DNA of 64,000 nt, from assembly GCA_030692565.1 (NCBI GenBank), contig JAUYAO010000004.1:17413-81412 (forward strand), in the 5' to 3' direction. Within the stretch, counting starts at the first letter, position 1, and every line of letters starts with the position of its first letter. The notes under the pieces are model-generated. The model had not been told where the DNA came from, ran no database searches, and saw only the letters and a program-made list of their open reading frames with translations. The DNA is from Nitrospira sp. (GTDB taxonomy: Bacteria > Nitrospirota > Nitrospiria > Nitrospirales > Nitrospiraceae). Shown in pieces: positions 28,756-37,184 of the stretch. The position numbers and the translations under genes were made by a program.

Positions 28756-30171
28756 ATGACTCAAGTACGTGTCCGCTTCGCACCCAGTCCGACCGGGTTC
28801 CTTCATATCGGGGGAGTCCGGACTGCGCTATTCAATTGGCTCTATGCGCGCCAACAAAACGGGATCTTTGTCCTGCGGATTGAAGACACGGACCAGGATC
28901 GTTCGACTGACGAGTCTATTCAGGCCATCATCGAAGGCATGAAATGGGTGGGGCTGGATTGGGACGAAGGACCGTTTCGTCAAACTGAGCGCATGGAGCT
29001 GTATCGCAGCCATGCCCTGGCGCTGCTGGACAAAGGCCAGGCCTACTGGTGTGTGTGCAAGGCTGAGGAACTGGAAGCCCGCCGCAAAGAAGCCGAGGCG
29101 AAAGGGCTGTCGCCTCGATACGACGGGCGCTGCCGGACTCTCGGGGTTACAAATCCCTCGGGCGATGCCGCGTTGCGATTCAAGGCCCCGCAAGAAGGTC
29201 AGATCGTGGTTGATGATTTGATCAAAGGGAAGATCACGTTTGACAATAGTGCGGCAGACGATCTGATCATCCTCCGCTCAAACGGGTATCCGACCTACAA
29301 TTTCTCCGTCGTGGTCGACGATGCGCTCATGAACATCACCCACGTTATTCGTGGGGATGACCATTTGACCAACACACCACGCCAAATTCCAATCTTTCAG
29401 GCGTTGGGGTTTCCAGTCCCGCAATTCGGCCACCTGCCGATGATTCTGGGGTCGGACAAATCCCGGCTTTCCAAACGGCACGGGGCCACGTCGATCATGG
29501 CCTACAAAGACATGGGCTACCTGCCCGAGGCGATGGTGAACTATCTGGTCCGGCTGGGCTGGTCGCACGGGGATCAGGAACTGTTTACCCGGCAGGAACT
29601 CATCGAAAAGTTTTCCTGGAAGAACGTCCAGTCCTCCCCGGCCGTGTTCAATCCCGAGAAACTGCTCTGGATCAACGCCGAATACATCAAGACGACCTCG
29701 CCGAGCCAGGTGGCGCAGGCACTCGTTCCGCTGTTAGAGCAGGCCGGTCTGCAGGAACAGGTCAAGGCGGTGTCGCCCGAGTGGTTGGCTCAGCTGGTGG
29801 TCCTGGTGAAGGAACGGGCGAAGACCCTGGTTGAGATGGTGGACTGGGTGCGGCCGTACTTCGGCGAGTCGGTCCTCCTCGAAGAGGAAGCCGCCAAGAA
29901 ATTTCTCACGCCGGCCATCGCGCCGGTGCTCGGTAAGCTGATCGCACGGTTCGAGGACTTTCCCGCGTTTTCGAAACAGGTATGGGAAGAGTCGTTCAAG
30001 AAGTTCGCGGAAGAAGAAGGCCTCAAAATGGGCCAGATCGCTCAGCCAGTGCGTGTCGCCTTGACCGGCAGGACCGCCAGCCCTGGGCTGTTTGAGGTCA
30101 TGGAGGTCCTGGGGCGAGACCGGACGCTCCTCCGTCTCCGGCGAGGACTTGAACGAGCCACAGCTTCATAA
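28756..30171 (+). CDS. gltX: glutamyl-tRNA synthetase
   Basis: RFAPSPTGFLHIGG (HIGH) and LSKRHG (KMSKS-like). Confidence 0.95.
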   Translation: MTQVRVRFAPSPTGFLHIGGVRTALFNWLYARQQNGIFVLRIEDTDQDRSTDESIQAIIEGMKWVGLDWDEGPFRQTERMELYRSHALALLDKGQAYWCVCKAEELEARRKEAEAKGLSPRYDGRCRTLGVTNPSGDAALRFKAPQEGQIVVDDLIKGKITFDNSAADDLIILRSNGYPTYNFSVVVDDALMNITHVIRGDDHLTNTPRQIPIFQALGFPVPQFGHLPMILGSDKSRLSKRHGATSIMAYKDMGYLPEAMVNYLVRLGWSHGDQELFTRQELIEKFSWKNVQSSPAVFNPEKLLWINAEYIKTTSPSQVAQALVPLLEQAGLQEQVKAVSPEWLAQLVVLVKERAKTLVEMVDWVRPYFGESVLLEEEAAKKFLTPAIAPVLGKLIARFEDFPAFSKQVWEESFKKFAEEEGLKMGQIAQPVRVALTGRTASPGLFEVMEVLGRDRTLLRLRRGLERATAS

Positions 30172-30242
30172 GACGAATTCTGTCAATAAATTCGCGACGA
30201 TCTTGACGGAGTCACGATCCGTATATTACTGTGTGCGTCGGT

Positions 30243-30316
30243 TGGGGGATCGTCTAGCGGTAGGACGTCAGTCTCTGGATCTGACTACCTAGGTTCGATT
30301 CCTAGTCCCCCAGCCA
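30243..30316 (+). tRNA. tRNA-Gln (anticodon CTG)
   Basis: Hand-folded cloverleaf. The acceptor TGGGGGA pairs with TCCCCCA. The D arm is GTCT/GGAC. The anticodon loop is CTCTGGA. The T arm is CTAGG-TTCGATT-CCTAG. CCA is encoded. Confidence 0.9.
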
Positions 30317-30370
30317 AAAATTCTTTCCCACGCCGTACTCTCAGGCCGACGTCTTCGTTTCGTACCGCGC

Positions 30371-30444
30371 TGGGGGATCGTCTAGCGGTAGGACGCCGGC
30401 CTTTGGAGCCGGCTACCTAGGTTCGATTCCTAGTCCCCCAGCCA
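30371..30444 (+). tRNA. tRNA-Gln (anticodon TTG)
   Basis: Same body as the previous tRNA. The anticodon stem is CCGGC/GCCGG and the loop is CTTTGGA. CCA is encoded. Confidence 0.9.
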
Positions 30445-30642
30445 ATTTCTCTTTCATCGCATCAACAACCCTCAACTTCTTGGCGTCTCTTCTGCTGGTT
30501 GCGCGGAGCGCTGCTCGGGCGCTCTGCCGCGGTCTTCCCCGTGATGCTCTGTAAGAACTCCGCCATCGGAAAGACATACGCGCACAAGGGGATGCTGAAG
30601 ACAAGCACCCCGCTTCTTATTCACCTTACAGGGAGGATTGCG

Positions 30643-31113
30643 ATGAAACGCACGGTGACGATGGGACTGTTGTCTCTGGTGATGGCAACAGGGTTGTTTG
30701 TGGCGTCGAACGGCTTGGCGGCCGATGCGCATACCACGAGCAAGTTTGAGGGCGTGAAGGCCAATACCGGCACCGCTATGCACGGCCGGCAGGGGAACAA
30801 CGATACGTTGACCTGGTCGGAGGAATTCAAGATTCCCGACACGCCCGCTCCACACTGGCAGGTGGTCGACACCAAAGGAAATGTGTTTTTGTTGCAGCGC
30901 TTGAAGATCAAGGGCGACAAAGAAAATCGAACGATCACCATCTCGTCATACATCCACGATGTGGCGAAGGTGCAGATCTACTGCGCCTGGGCCGAAGCGT
31001 TGCTCGGCGCGGCTTCATTCGCCAAGCCGATTATGACTGCGGCCGGCGAAGCCGCTTCGATGCATGCGGACAACGCCATGGGGAAGCACAACAGCATGGC
31101 GATGGGGCGGTAG
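30643..31113 (+). CDS. secreted hypothetical protein (possibly DM13-like)
   Basis: GGGAGG RBS and the ATG at 30643, with signal peptide MKRTVTMGLLSLVMATGLFVASNGLAA. The domain call is weak. Confidence 0.55.
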   Translation: MKRTVTMGLLSLVMATGLFVASNGLAADAHTTSKFEGVKANTGTAMHGRQGNNDTLTWSEEFKIPDTPAPHWQVVDTKGNVFLLQRLKIKGDKENRTITISSYIHDVAKVQIYCAWAEALLGAASFAKPIMTAAGEAASMHADNAMGKHNSMAMGR

Positions 31114-31211
31114 TGATTGGCCATCGGCTGTCAGCCCTCAGCTTTTTCGGAAGCGTGAAGCTGGCGGCCGTCGGCTGAATGCAGCGTGACGATGGTGACA
31201 AGGAGGTGTCT

Positions 31212-31691
31212 ATGCTTCGAATGGCGATGGCGGCAATCATCGGTTTCGTGGCGGCAGGTCCCGCCGCCGCGCAGCTCATGGAAAAAACCGCGCTCACGCT
31301 GGACGGGGCCAAGCAGATCGCGGCCGTCGCGGAAGCCAAGGCCAAGGCGGAAGGAGCTCGCGTGGTGATCGCAGTCGTGGATGACGGTGGCAACTTGTTG
31401 TTGCTGCAACGGCTGGATGACACGCAAGTGGCCAGCGTCAATGTCGGCATCGACAAGGCCAGAACCGCTGCGATTTATCGACGGCCCAGCAAGGTGTTTG
31501 AAGACCAAGTGAAGAACGGCCGGGTGTCGGCCTTGGCCCTGCACGGAGCCGTCGCATTGCAAGGCGGCGTGCCGATCACCGTGAAGGGGAAGGTCATCGG
31601 CGCCATCGGCGTCAGCGGAGAAACGCCCCAGCAGGATGAAGACATCGCACTCGTCGGGGCTGCTGTCGCCGCAGGATTCACCACTCAGTAG
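31212..31691 (+). CDS. secreted GlcG/HbpS-like (DUF336) protein
   Basis: AGGAGG RBS. AVVDDGGNLLLLQRLD ... GGVPI ... IGAIGVSG is the DUF336 signature. Confidence 0.8.
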   Translation: MLRMAMAAIIGFVAAGPAAAQLMEKTALTLDGAKQIAAVAEAKAKAEGARVVIAVVDDGGNLLLLQRLDDTQVASVNVGIDKARTAAIYRRPSKVFEDQVKNGRVSALALHGAVALQGGVPITVKGKVIGAIGVSGETPQQDEDIALVGAAVAAGFTTQ

Positions 31692-31766
31692 CTGACAGTC
31701 TTCAGCGATCAGCTCGGATGCATGTGCTGGATGCTGACAGCTGATGGCTGAAGAAAGGGCCGCATC

Positions 31767-32681
31767 ATGAAACATGCAATCTTATTCATCTCCGCAGTGG
31801 TCTGTGTAAGCAGTGTGTCACTGGCACAGACCGGATCGGTGTCCGATACGCGTGCGCTTACACTCGAAGGAGCTAAGACGGTCATTGCCGCAACGGTTGC
31901 GGAGGCAAGAAAGGTGAATGCCCCGGGCGGTTCCATCGCCGTCGTCGACGACGGCGGGAATCTTCTGGCGCTCGAACGGCTGGATCAGACCTTTGCTGCC
32001 AGCGCAAATATCGCGATTGGGAAGGCCCGCACGTCCGCGCTCTTTAAGAAGCCGACCAAAGTGTTCGAAGACGTCCTCAAGGGTGGACGCACCTCCATGG
32101 TCACGCTGGGCAGCGATCTCCAGAACTTCACCCCGTTGCAAGGCGGGATTCCGCTCGAATGGGAAGGCAAGGTCGTCGGCGCGATCGGGGTGAGCGGTGC
32201 GGCCAGTGCGCAACAGGATGAGGAATTGGCGATCGTCGGCGCCAAGTCGTTGGATTCAATGGAAATGGCCGGGATGGTTAATGGCCACTCGCCGTTACCC
32301 GTCACCTACATCGAGAGCCAGAGAGTCACGGCTTCTTTTGCGAAAGGCGCCGTCTTGCTCGGGGACGACGAGAGCATGATGCACGCGGCTCGGAATTACA
32401 TGGTGCACGCTAGCCACCGCGACAAGGCGGGCGTCGTCGAAATCCACGAGTTCGATACGGACATCGTCTACGTCCTCAAGGGTACGGCACAGTTGATCAC
32501 CGGCGGGACGCCGGTCGGCACGAAGACGATCGCGCCGCATGAGTTCCGAGCGCCGACTGTCACCGGCGGCGAGGCGCGGAAGCTGGTGCCGGGCGACGTG
32601 GTGATTATCCCGAATGGCGTGCCGCATTGGTTCAAAGAAGTGGAAGCGCCGTTTGACTACTACGTGGTGAAGGTGCGGTAG
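31767..32681 (+). CDS. secreted GlcG/DUF336 - cupin fusion protein
   Basis: The N-terminal half repeats the DUF336 signature (AVVDDGGNLLALERLD ... IGAIGVSG). The C-terminal roughly 130 aa looks like a cupin barrel (GDVVIIPNGVPHWF). Confidence 0.7.
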   Translation: MKHAILFISAVVCVSSVSLAQTGSVSDTRALTLEGAKTVIAATVAEARKVNAPGGSIAVVDDGGNLLALERLDQTFAASANIAIGKARTSALFKKPTKVFEDVLKGGRTSMVTLGSDLQNFTPLQGGIPLEWEGKVVGAIGVSGAASAQQDEELAIVGAKSLDSMEMAGMVNGHSPLPVTYIESQRVTASFAKGAVLLGDDESMMHAARNYMVHASHRDKAGVVEIHEFDTDIVYVLKGTAQLITGGTPVGTKTIAPHEFRAPTVTGGEARKLVPGDVVIIPNGVPHWFKEVEAPFDYYVVKVR

Positions 32682-32824
32682 ACGGAAGCTGAAAACGGTC
32701 CTCAACTTTGTTCTCGTCTTGCGACCATCCTCAACGTACCCCAGAGGGTACGCCTCCGGTGGCCGCATCGCCTGCGGCCTCGTTGGATGACCGTTTTGAG
32801 CATCCTCCGAGGACGGAGAATGAA

Positions 32825-34459
32825 ATGAATCAGCGACAAAATGCACTCGCAGTATTTGCGACTATGACTTTGGCTTTCTGTTCAGGTCTGGCCCGGGCGC
32901 AGGTTACGGGGGATGCGCCGGGGGTGCGGCCGGACGCGATCGTCGATCTGAAGACCGACGAAGGGATTGCGCTCGTGAAAGGCCAGTGGCGCTATAGCAA
33001 CGTCAAGGTAATCGAGGTCGATCACCATGGTCCGGGAGCGGATCTTGCGCCGTCCGGCCCGCCGAATCGGACGCAGGATATCGACCTCCACGCAGGCGCG
33101 GCCGACTTCGATGATTCGACATGGGAACAGATCAAACCGGTTCAACTCGAAGAACGGCGCTCTACTGGGCGGCTGTGCTTCAATTGGTATCGCACGAGTG
33201 TGACGATACCGGACAAGATTGGGTCTTTCGATCCGACCGGAGCCACGGTCGTTTTCGAAGTTGCGATCGACGATTATGCGGAGATTTGGATCGACGGAAA
33301 GCTGCCGCTAGTCTTGGGGCAGCCGGGTGGGCACCTGATCAAAGGTTTCAACGCACCGAATCGGGTCGTTCTGACGAAGGATGCGCGGCCGGGACAACGG
33401 ATTCAACTCGCGGTCTTCGGTATCAACGGCCCGCTTTCCAACCCGCCGGGGAATTTTATCTGGGTGCGGTCGGCCATGCTCGACTTTTACAAGGCCGCCC
33501 AGATCGGCCCGACACAGTTGGTGAAGACCGAGATCGTCAAGGTCGATGAGGCGCTCGATCAGATCGTTGCGCCACACACCCAGTTAGAGAAACTCGCTGG
33601 TGGCTTTCTCTTCACCGAGGGACCGGTCTGGGTCCCGGCCACCGCCAATACATCGGGATATCTCCTCTTCAGCGATCCCAACGCCAATATCATCTATCGT
33701 TGGTCACCTGAAGGGCAGGTATCCGTCTTTCGCACCAAGAGCGGCTATAGCGGATTCGACGTCGGGGAGTATCATCAGCCCGGCTCGAACGGGTTGACGC
33801 TCGACCGCCAAGGCCGCCTCGCGATCAATCAGCACGGGAATCGCCGTGTGATTCTGGTCGAACCGCGCGGCAACATCACGGTGCTCGCCGACCACTATGA
33901 CGGCCGGCGCCTCAATAGCCCCAATGACCTCGTCTATCGATCCGACGGTGCACTCTACTTCACCGATCCACCCTTCGGGCTCCCTCGCGTGTTCGACGAT
34001 CCGCACAGGGAACTCCCCTACAGCGGCGTCTATTGCGTGAAAGATGGCGTGGTGAAATTGGTGAGCACCGACCTCGATGCTCCGAACGGTCTGGCGTTCT
34101 CGCCGGACGAGAAGAGACTCTATGTCGACAACTGGAACGACGAGAAGAAGGTCATTCTGCGCTACGACGTGAATCCCGATTGCACGCTGTCCAATAGCCG
34201 GTTGTTCTTCGACATGACAAACGCACCCGGCACCGACGCCCTCGACGGTCTCAAAGTCGATCATAAGGGCAACGTCTACTCAACCGGGCCGGGCGGGCTC
34301 TGGATAATCTCCCCGGATGGCAAGCAGCTCGGGCTCATCAAAGGGCCGGAAGATCCGCACAACATGGCCTGGGGCGACGACGACGGCAAGACGCTCTATA
34401 TCACCGCGCTCACCGGCATCTATCGCATAAGGATGAATGTGTCGGGGGTGCGGCCATGA
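32825..34459 (+). CDS. secreted SMP-30/gluconolactonase/LRE-family beta-propeller with N-terminal beta-sandwich domain
   Basis: The ATG at 32825 precedes a signal peptide. The C-terminal 300 aa carry TEGPVW, NDLVYRSDGALYFTDP, PNGLAFSPDEK and NMAWGDDDGKTLYIT. Confidence 0.8.
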   Translation: MNQRQNALAVFATMTLAFCSGLARAQVTGDAPGVRPDAIVDLKTDEGIALVKGQWRYSNVKVIEVDHHGPGADLAPSGPPNRTQDIDLHAGAADFDDSTWEQIKPVQLEERRSTGRLCFNWYRTSVTIPDKIGSFDPTGATVVFEVAIDDYAEIWIDGKLPLVLGQPGGHLIKGFNAPNRVVLTKDARPGQRIQLAVFGINGPLSNPPGNFIWVRSAMLDFYKAAQIGPTQLVKTEIVKVDEALDQIVAPHTQLEKLAGGFLFTEGPVWVPATANTSGYLLFSDPNANIIYRWSPEGQVSVFRTKSGYSGFDVGEYHQPGSNGLTLDRQGRLAINQHGNRRVILVEPRGNITVLADHYDGRRLNSPNDLVYRSDGALYFTDPPFGLPRVFDDPHRELPYSGVYCVKDGVVKLVSTDLDAPNGLAFSPDEKRLYVDNWNDEKKVILRYDVNPDCTLSNSRLFFDMTNAPGTDALDGLKVDHKGNVYSTGPGGLWIISPDGKQLGLIKGPEDPHNMAWGDDDGKTLYITALTGIYRIRMNVSGVRP

Positions 34460-35463
34460 GTCACATGGCGGGCAGGGTGATTCTGTCGGGAATCTTCGTC
34501 CTGCTGTTCCATTTCACGGCATGGGCTGAGCCAGTCCCGGTCACGATTACCAGTCTCGATCCGCGTTTCGATCAGCTTGTGCCGAAGCATGCGCAGCTCG
34601 AAAAAATCGCCGATGGCTTCATCTGGGTCGAAGGGCCGGTGTGGAACAAGCAGGGCGGCTTCCTGCTGTTCTCAGACATTCCGGCCAACACGGTCTACAA
34701 ATGGACGCCGGACAAGGGCGTCACCCCGTTTCTCAAAAACAGTGGCTACAGTGGCGCGACTCCCTACGCCGGCAAGGAGCCCGGATCAAATGGCCTGACG
34801 TTCGATGCGAACGGACGCCTTGTACTCTGCCGGCATGGAGATCGGCAGATCGGACGGTTGGAAGCAGACGGCACGATCACGCCATCGGCCGAGCGCTATT
34901 ATGGCCACCAGATCAACAGCCCGAACGATCTCGTGTACAAATCGAACGGCGACCTGTACTTCACGGATCCGCCATTCGGATTGCCCGGCGTCTTCAACGA
35001 TCCGAACAAAGCCCTGGTACAAGGTGTCTATCGTGTGGCGAAGGACGGCGCTGTCACACGATTGATTACCGATATCAAGGCGCCGAATGGCATTGCATTC
35101 TCGCCGGACGAGAAGACCCTCTACGTCTCCGATGTCGATCCGAAGCGCGCAGCATGGTTGGCGTATGACGTGAGGCCGGACGGTACCGTGACAAACGGGC
35201 GTGTCTTCTTCGATGCTACTCGCTGGCGCAAGGATCCCTTCTTCGGGCCGGATGGATTCAAGGTGGACCGGTACGGCAATATCTTCGGCGCTCGGCCCGA
35301 CGGCCTTAGTGTCATGGCGCCGGACGGGACGCTCCTCGGCACCATCGAGACGGGGCGGCCGACGTCTAATGTCGCGTGGGGTGAAGACGGGCGGACCCTC
35401 TTTATCACGGGCGGGGATTCACTGTACCGGATGAGGCTTGAGACCAGAGGCGCCCATTTCTAG
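34456..35463 (+). CDS. secreted SMP-30/gluconolactonase/LRE-family protein
   Basis: Paralog of the previous propeller (VEGPVW, NDLVYKSNGDLYFTDP, PNGIAFSPDEK). The start overlaps the upstream stop (ATGA). Confidence 0.85.
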   Translation: MSHMAGRVILSGIFVLLFHFTAWAEPVPVTITSLDPRFDQLVPKHAQLEKIADGFIWVEGPVWNKQGGFLLFSDIPANTVYKWTPDKGVTPFLKNSGYSGATPYAGKEPGSNGLTFDANGRLVLCRHGDRQIGRLEADGTITPSAERYYGHQINSPNDLVYKSNGDLYFTDPPFGLPGVFNDPNKALVQGVYRVAKDGAVTRLITDIKAPNGIAFSPDEKTLYVSDVDPKRAAWLAYDVRPDGTVTNGRVFFDATRWRKDPFFGPDGFKVDRYGNIFGARPDGLSVMAPDGTLLGTIETGRPTSNVAWGEDGRTLFITGGDSLYRMRLETRGAHF

Positions 35464-35572
35464 AAATGTGTAAGAATATTCCCGCTTGTCCGACTCCCTC
35501 TATAAGGCCTGCAAGCGGTCTGCTCACACAGGTCTGCGGAAGAACGACATCAGAGGATCGAGCAACAAGGAC

Positions 35573-35863
35573 ATGATCACAGAATTGATCGCACGCCTGA
35601 CCCCTCCCTGCACCGACATCACGCGGCTTGTATCAGAGTCCATGGACCGGCCGATGGCGCTGTCCACCAGACTTGCGCTCCGGTTTCATCTCCTGATCTG
35701 TGCCGGCTGTGCCGCCTACAAGCGCCAGTTAGAACAGATTCGACAGACCTTGCGTCGATCAGCGGATGCCGCTCCCGGCGAATCGAACGGATCGACGGGT
35801 TCCTCTCCCGAAACGACCGCACGGTTGAAAGACGCCTTTCGGCAGCAGGCGAAGAAGCCCTGA
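35573..35863 (+). CDS. small zf-HC2 (putative anti-sigma) protein, orphan
   Basis: C-x23..-H-x3-C-x2-C pattern (CTDITRLVSE ... HLLICAGCAAY). Paralogous to 53209..53475. Confidence 0.55.
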   Translation: MITELIARLTPPCTDITRLVSESMDRPMALSTRLALRFHLLICAGCAAYKRQLEQIRQTLRRSADAAPGESNGSTGSSPETTARLKDAFRQQAKKP

Positions 35864-35934
35864 CAGCCTCTTTCAGTCACCAATTCCCTCGGCATTTTCC
35901 TGTAAGACCGCCGTCCTCATGCCGACTGACTTCC

Positions 35935-36411
35935 ATGCGTTGGATCAGTTGTGTACTCATTATGGTGCTTGGCGGATGTCAGACCCTCCGGGGCTCTGAC
36001 TCCTGGATCCGCACCCAGCTTCCGTCGGTGTGGCCGCTGTGGGAACGATATCAGCAATGCCGCACTGCGACGGACCCGACCCAGCTCCAAGCCGTCCTCG
36101 ATCATCTTGAGCAGGCCATGATCACGGGCGTGACGCCGCCGGCTTGGATCGCCGTGTTCGGGGTTCAGGTCTCCCGGCAACCCCTGCGAACATCGGTCGA
36201 TCCTGAAGCCTTAGCGGCGGCCTGCACGGTGCGAGCCGCGATGGTGTCCCTGGGGATCGGTCGTGATGCTGAGGCGCGGGCGCTCTATCAACGGGTGCTT
36301 GCGAGATACGGGACACAGGAGTTGGCCTATTACCGGGATCAGGCCATCGAGGCCTTGCGGCATCTTGATGCGCAGCTCGTTGCACTGCGCCGCGCCCCAC
36401 CCATCCGGTGA
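35935..36411 (+). CDS. hypothetical lipoprotein
   Basis: Lipobox VLGGC after a hydrophobic N-terminus. Confidence 0.55.
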   Translation: MRWISCVLIMVLGGCQTLRGSDSWIRTQLPSVWPLWERYQQCRTATDPTQLQAVLDHLEQAMITGVTPPAWIAVFGVQVSRQPLRTSVDPEALAAACTVRAAMVSLGIGRDAEARALYQRVLARYGTQELAYYRDQAIEALRHLDAQLVALRRAPPIR

Positions 36412-36464
36412 TGTAAGAACGTTGAGCCGTGCTCGACTGATCGGCAGGGAAGCGGAGGGAGCCC

Positions 36465-36686
36465 ATGAACGCGACAATCTATTGGACCAGGCACAAGCTT
36501 CAGCAGGGAACCCGCGAACTCCGCTGGGCCGCCAAACTCTGGTGGTTCAAACAGGAGATCGACTTTCTCGGCTGGCGCTGGTGGATGGAATCGCACCTGC
36601 CCGACGCCGCTGTTCCAGCGACCTCTCATCTCACCGCGCAAGAAGGCACCCATGCGATGCAGCCACTGCCACTCCTTCATGGTTAA
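36465..36686 (+). CDS. small Trp-rich hypothetical protein
   Basis: GGAGGGAG RBS 3 nt before the ATG. G/C-rich third codon positions by eye. 73 aa with 8 Trp. Confidence 0.4.
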   Translation: MNATIYWTRHKLQQGTRELRWAAKLWWFKQEIDFLGWRWWMESHLPDAAVPATSHLTAQEGTHAMQPLPLLHG

Positions 36687-36909
36687 GGATCATCTGTACG
36701 ATCTGCTCGAAAACGACGGGCAGGTCTATGTCGGCGGGTGGCGTTGGGGCTATCGTTGTGCCGGATGCAGCCGGGTCGTCGAGTCCGGCGAGGATCAGGA
36801 TGAAACTATCGAGGGGCCGGTGTCGGTCGGTTCGGCCGCGCCGGACTCGGCGGCGACCGCCTCGGCCAGCGCGGCGTCTCCGTCTATACCGTTGTTTCGC
36901 ATGTTCTAA
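36652..36909 (+). CDS. small 4-Cys zinc-ribbon-like protein (paralog A)
   Basis: MRCSHC...WGYRCAGC. GAAGG lies upstream of the ATG. G/C-rich third positions. Confidence 0.5.
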   Translation: MRCSHCHSFMVKDHLYDLLENDGQVYVGGWRWGYRCAGCSRVVESGEDQDETIEGPVSVGSAAPDSAATASASAASPSIPLFRMF

Positions 36910-36926
36910 GCCAAGGAGTGTCAGCC

Positions 36927-37184
36927 ATGCTTTGTATGATCTGTTGCCATATCATGCTCAGCTGCAGCAGCCAGACGGTGGAGGACGAGAGGGGCTCGTT
37001 ACTCGTCACCCGGTGGAGCTGTCCCGGTTGCGGACGGTGCGAGGAAGAAATCTGGGTCAGTCGCCACTACCAGGGCGCCCGGCCTCGCCGGCTTCGCTAC
37101 GCGGTCAACGCCGCAGTGGCCCTTACCATTCCGACGCGCTCGCGCGCCGGACGAATATCTGTGTCCCATGCGTCAGTGGGCTGA
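36927..37184 (+). CDS. small 4-Cys zinc-ribbon-like protein (paralog B)
   Basis: AAGGAG RBS. MLCMIC...RWSCPGCGRC has the same C-x2-C ... W-x-C-x-G-C layout as paralog A. The 3' end overlaps the MIP start. Confidence 0.5.
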   Translation: MLCMICCHIMLSCSSQTVEDERGSLLVTRWSCPGCGRCEEEIWVSRHYQGARPRRLRYAVNAAVALTIPTRSRAGRISVSHASVG

